Shown one piece after another: positions 63,901 to 64,000 of a stretch of DNA of 64,000 bases (positions within the stretch are counted from its first letter, which is position 1; the number at the start of each line of letters is the position of its first letter). The notes under the pieces are model-generated. The model saw only the letters and a program-made list of their open reading frames with translations. It was not told the origin of the DNA and did no database searches. Source of the stretch: Cyanobacteria bacterium auto_48_18 (lineage in GTDB: Bacteria; Cyanobacteriota; Vampirovibrionia; Obscuribacterales; Obscuribacteraceae); NCBI GenBank assembly GCA_036170915.1, contig JAVHQC010000022.1, forward strand, positions 223,420 to 287,419, read 5' to 3'. A program made the position numbers and the translations under genes.

Positions 63901-64000
63901 TGAAAACCAGGCCAACAAGTAGAATTGCAATGGAATTTGGCCTTATTGTGAATATGTACTAAAGTTGGGCCGTGGTACTTTGACAATCCGCTTCGATGTA

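Noticed and set aside
62709..64000. RiPP cluster around the radical SAM/SPASM gene
   Set aside because: No precursor ORF, RRE domain, peptidase or peptide exporter seen, and the context is glycan synthesis; sequence beyond the window is unseen.

Overview
A 64-kb bacterial chromosomal segment dominated (about 10.1-63.9 kb) by a dispersed cell-surface glycan region. It holds an rmlABDC cluster, an initiating sugar transferase, many GT2/GT4 enzymes, four large GT-C-fold membrane proteins plus a GtrB-like polyprenyl-phosphate glycosyltransferase, and a split Wzm/Wzt ABC exporter. It also has MBOAT and two AT3 acyltransferases, a probable UDP-L-QuiNAc-type trio, a LegB-like dehydratase with a nucleotidyltransferase, and a radical SAM/GNAT/HTTM operon. 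Interspersed are housekeeping genes (malic enzyme, phosphomannomutase, sbcD, rlmD, Ycf52-like GNAT) and two type II toxin-antitoxin modules. Several odd signalling units are present: an ECF-like sigma factor with a long insert and a soluble partner, two output-less triple-PAS proteins, and a four-repeat MshEN-like protein coupled to a DUF4388/degenerate GGDEF protein. The gene mix suggests a non-photosynthetic cyanobacterial relative such as Melainabacteria/Obscuribacterales; this is inference only. Non-coding signals include a nested double-palindrome element at 3.6-3.7 kb, a 16-bp tandem array before the malic enzyme gene, an unannotated 27-aa membrane ORF and several leaderless-type promoters. 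I saw no rRNA, tRNA, CRISPR array, transposase or integrase. All calls come from reading motifs by eye; no database searches were run.
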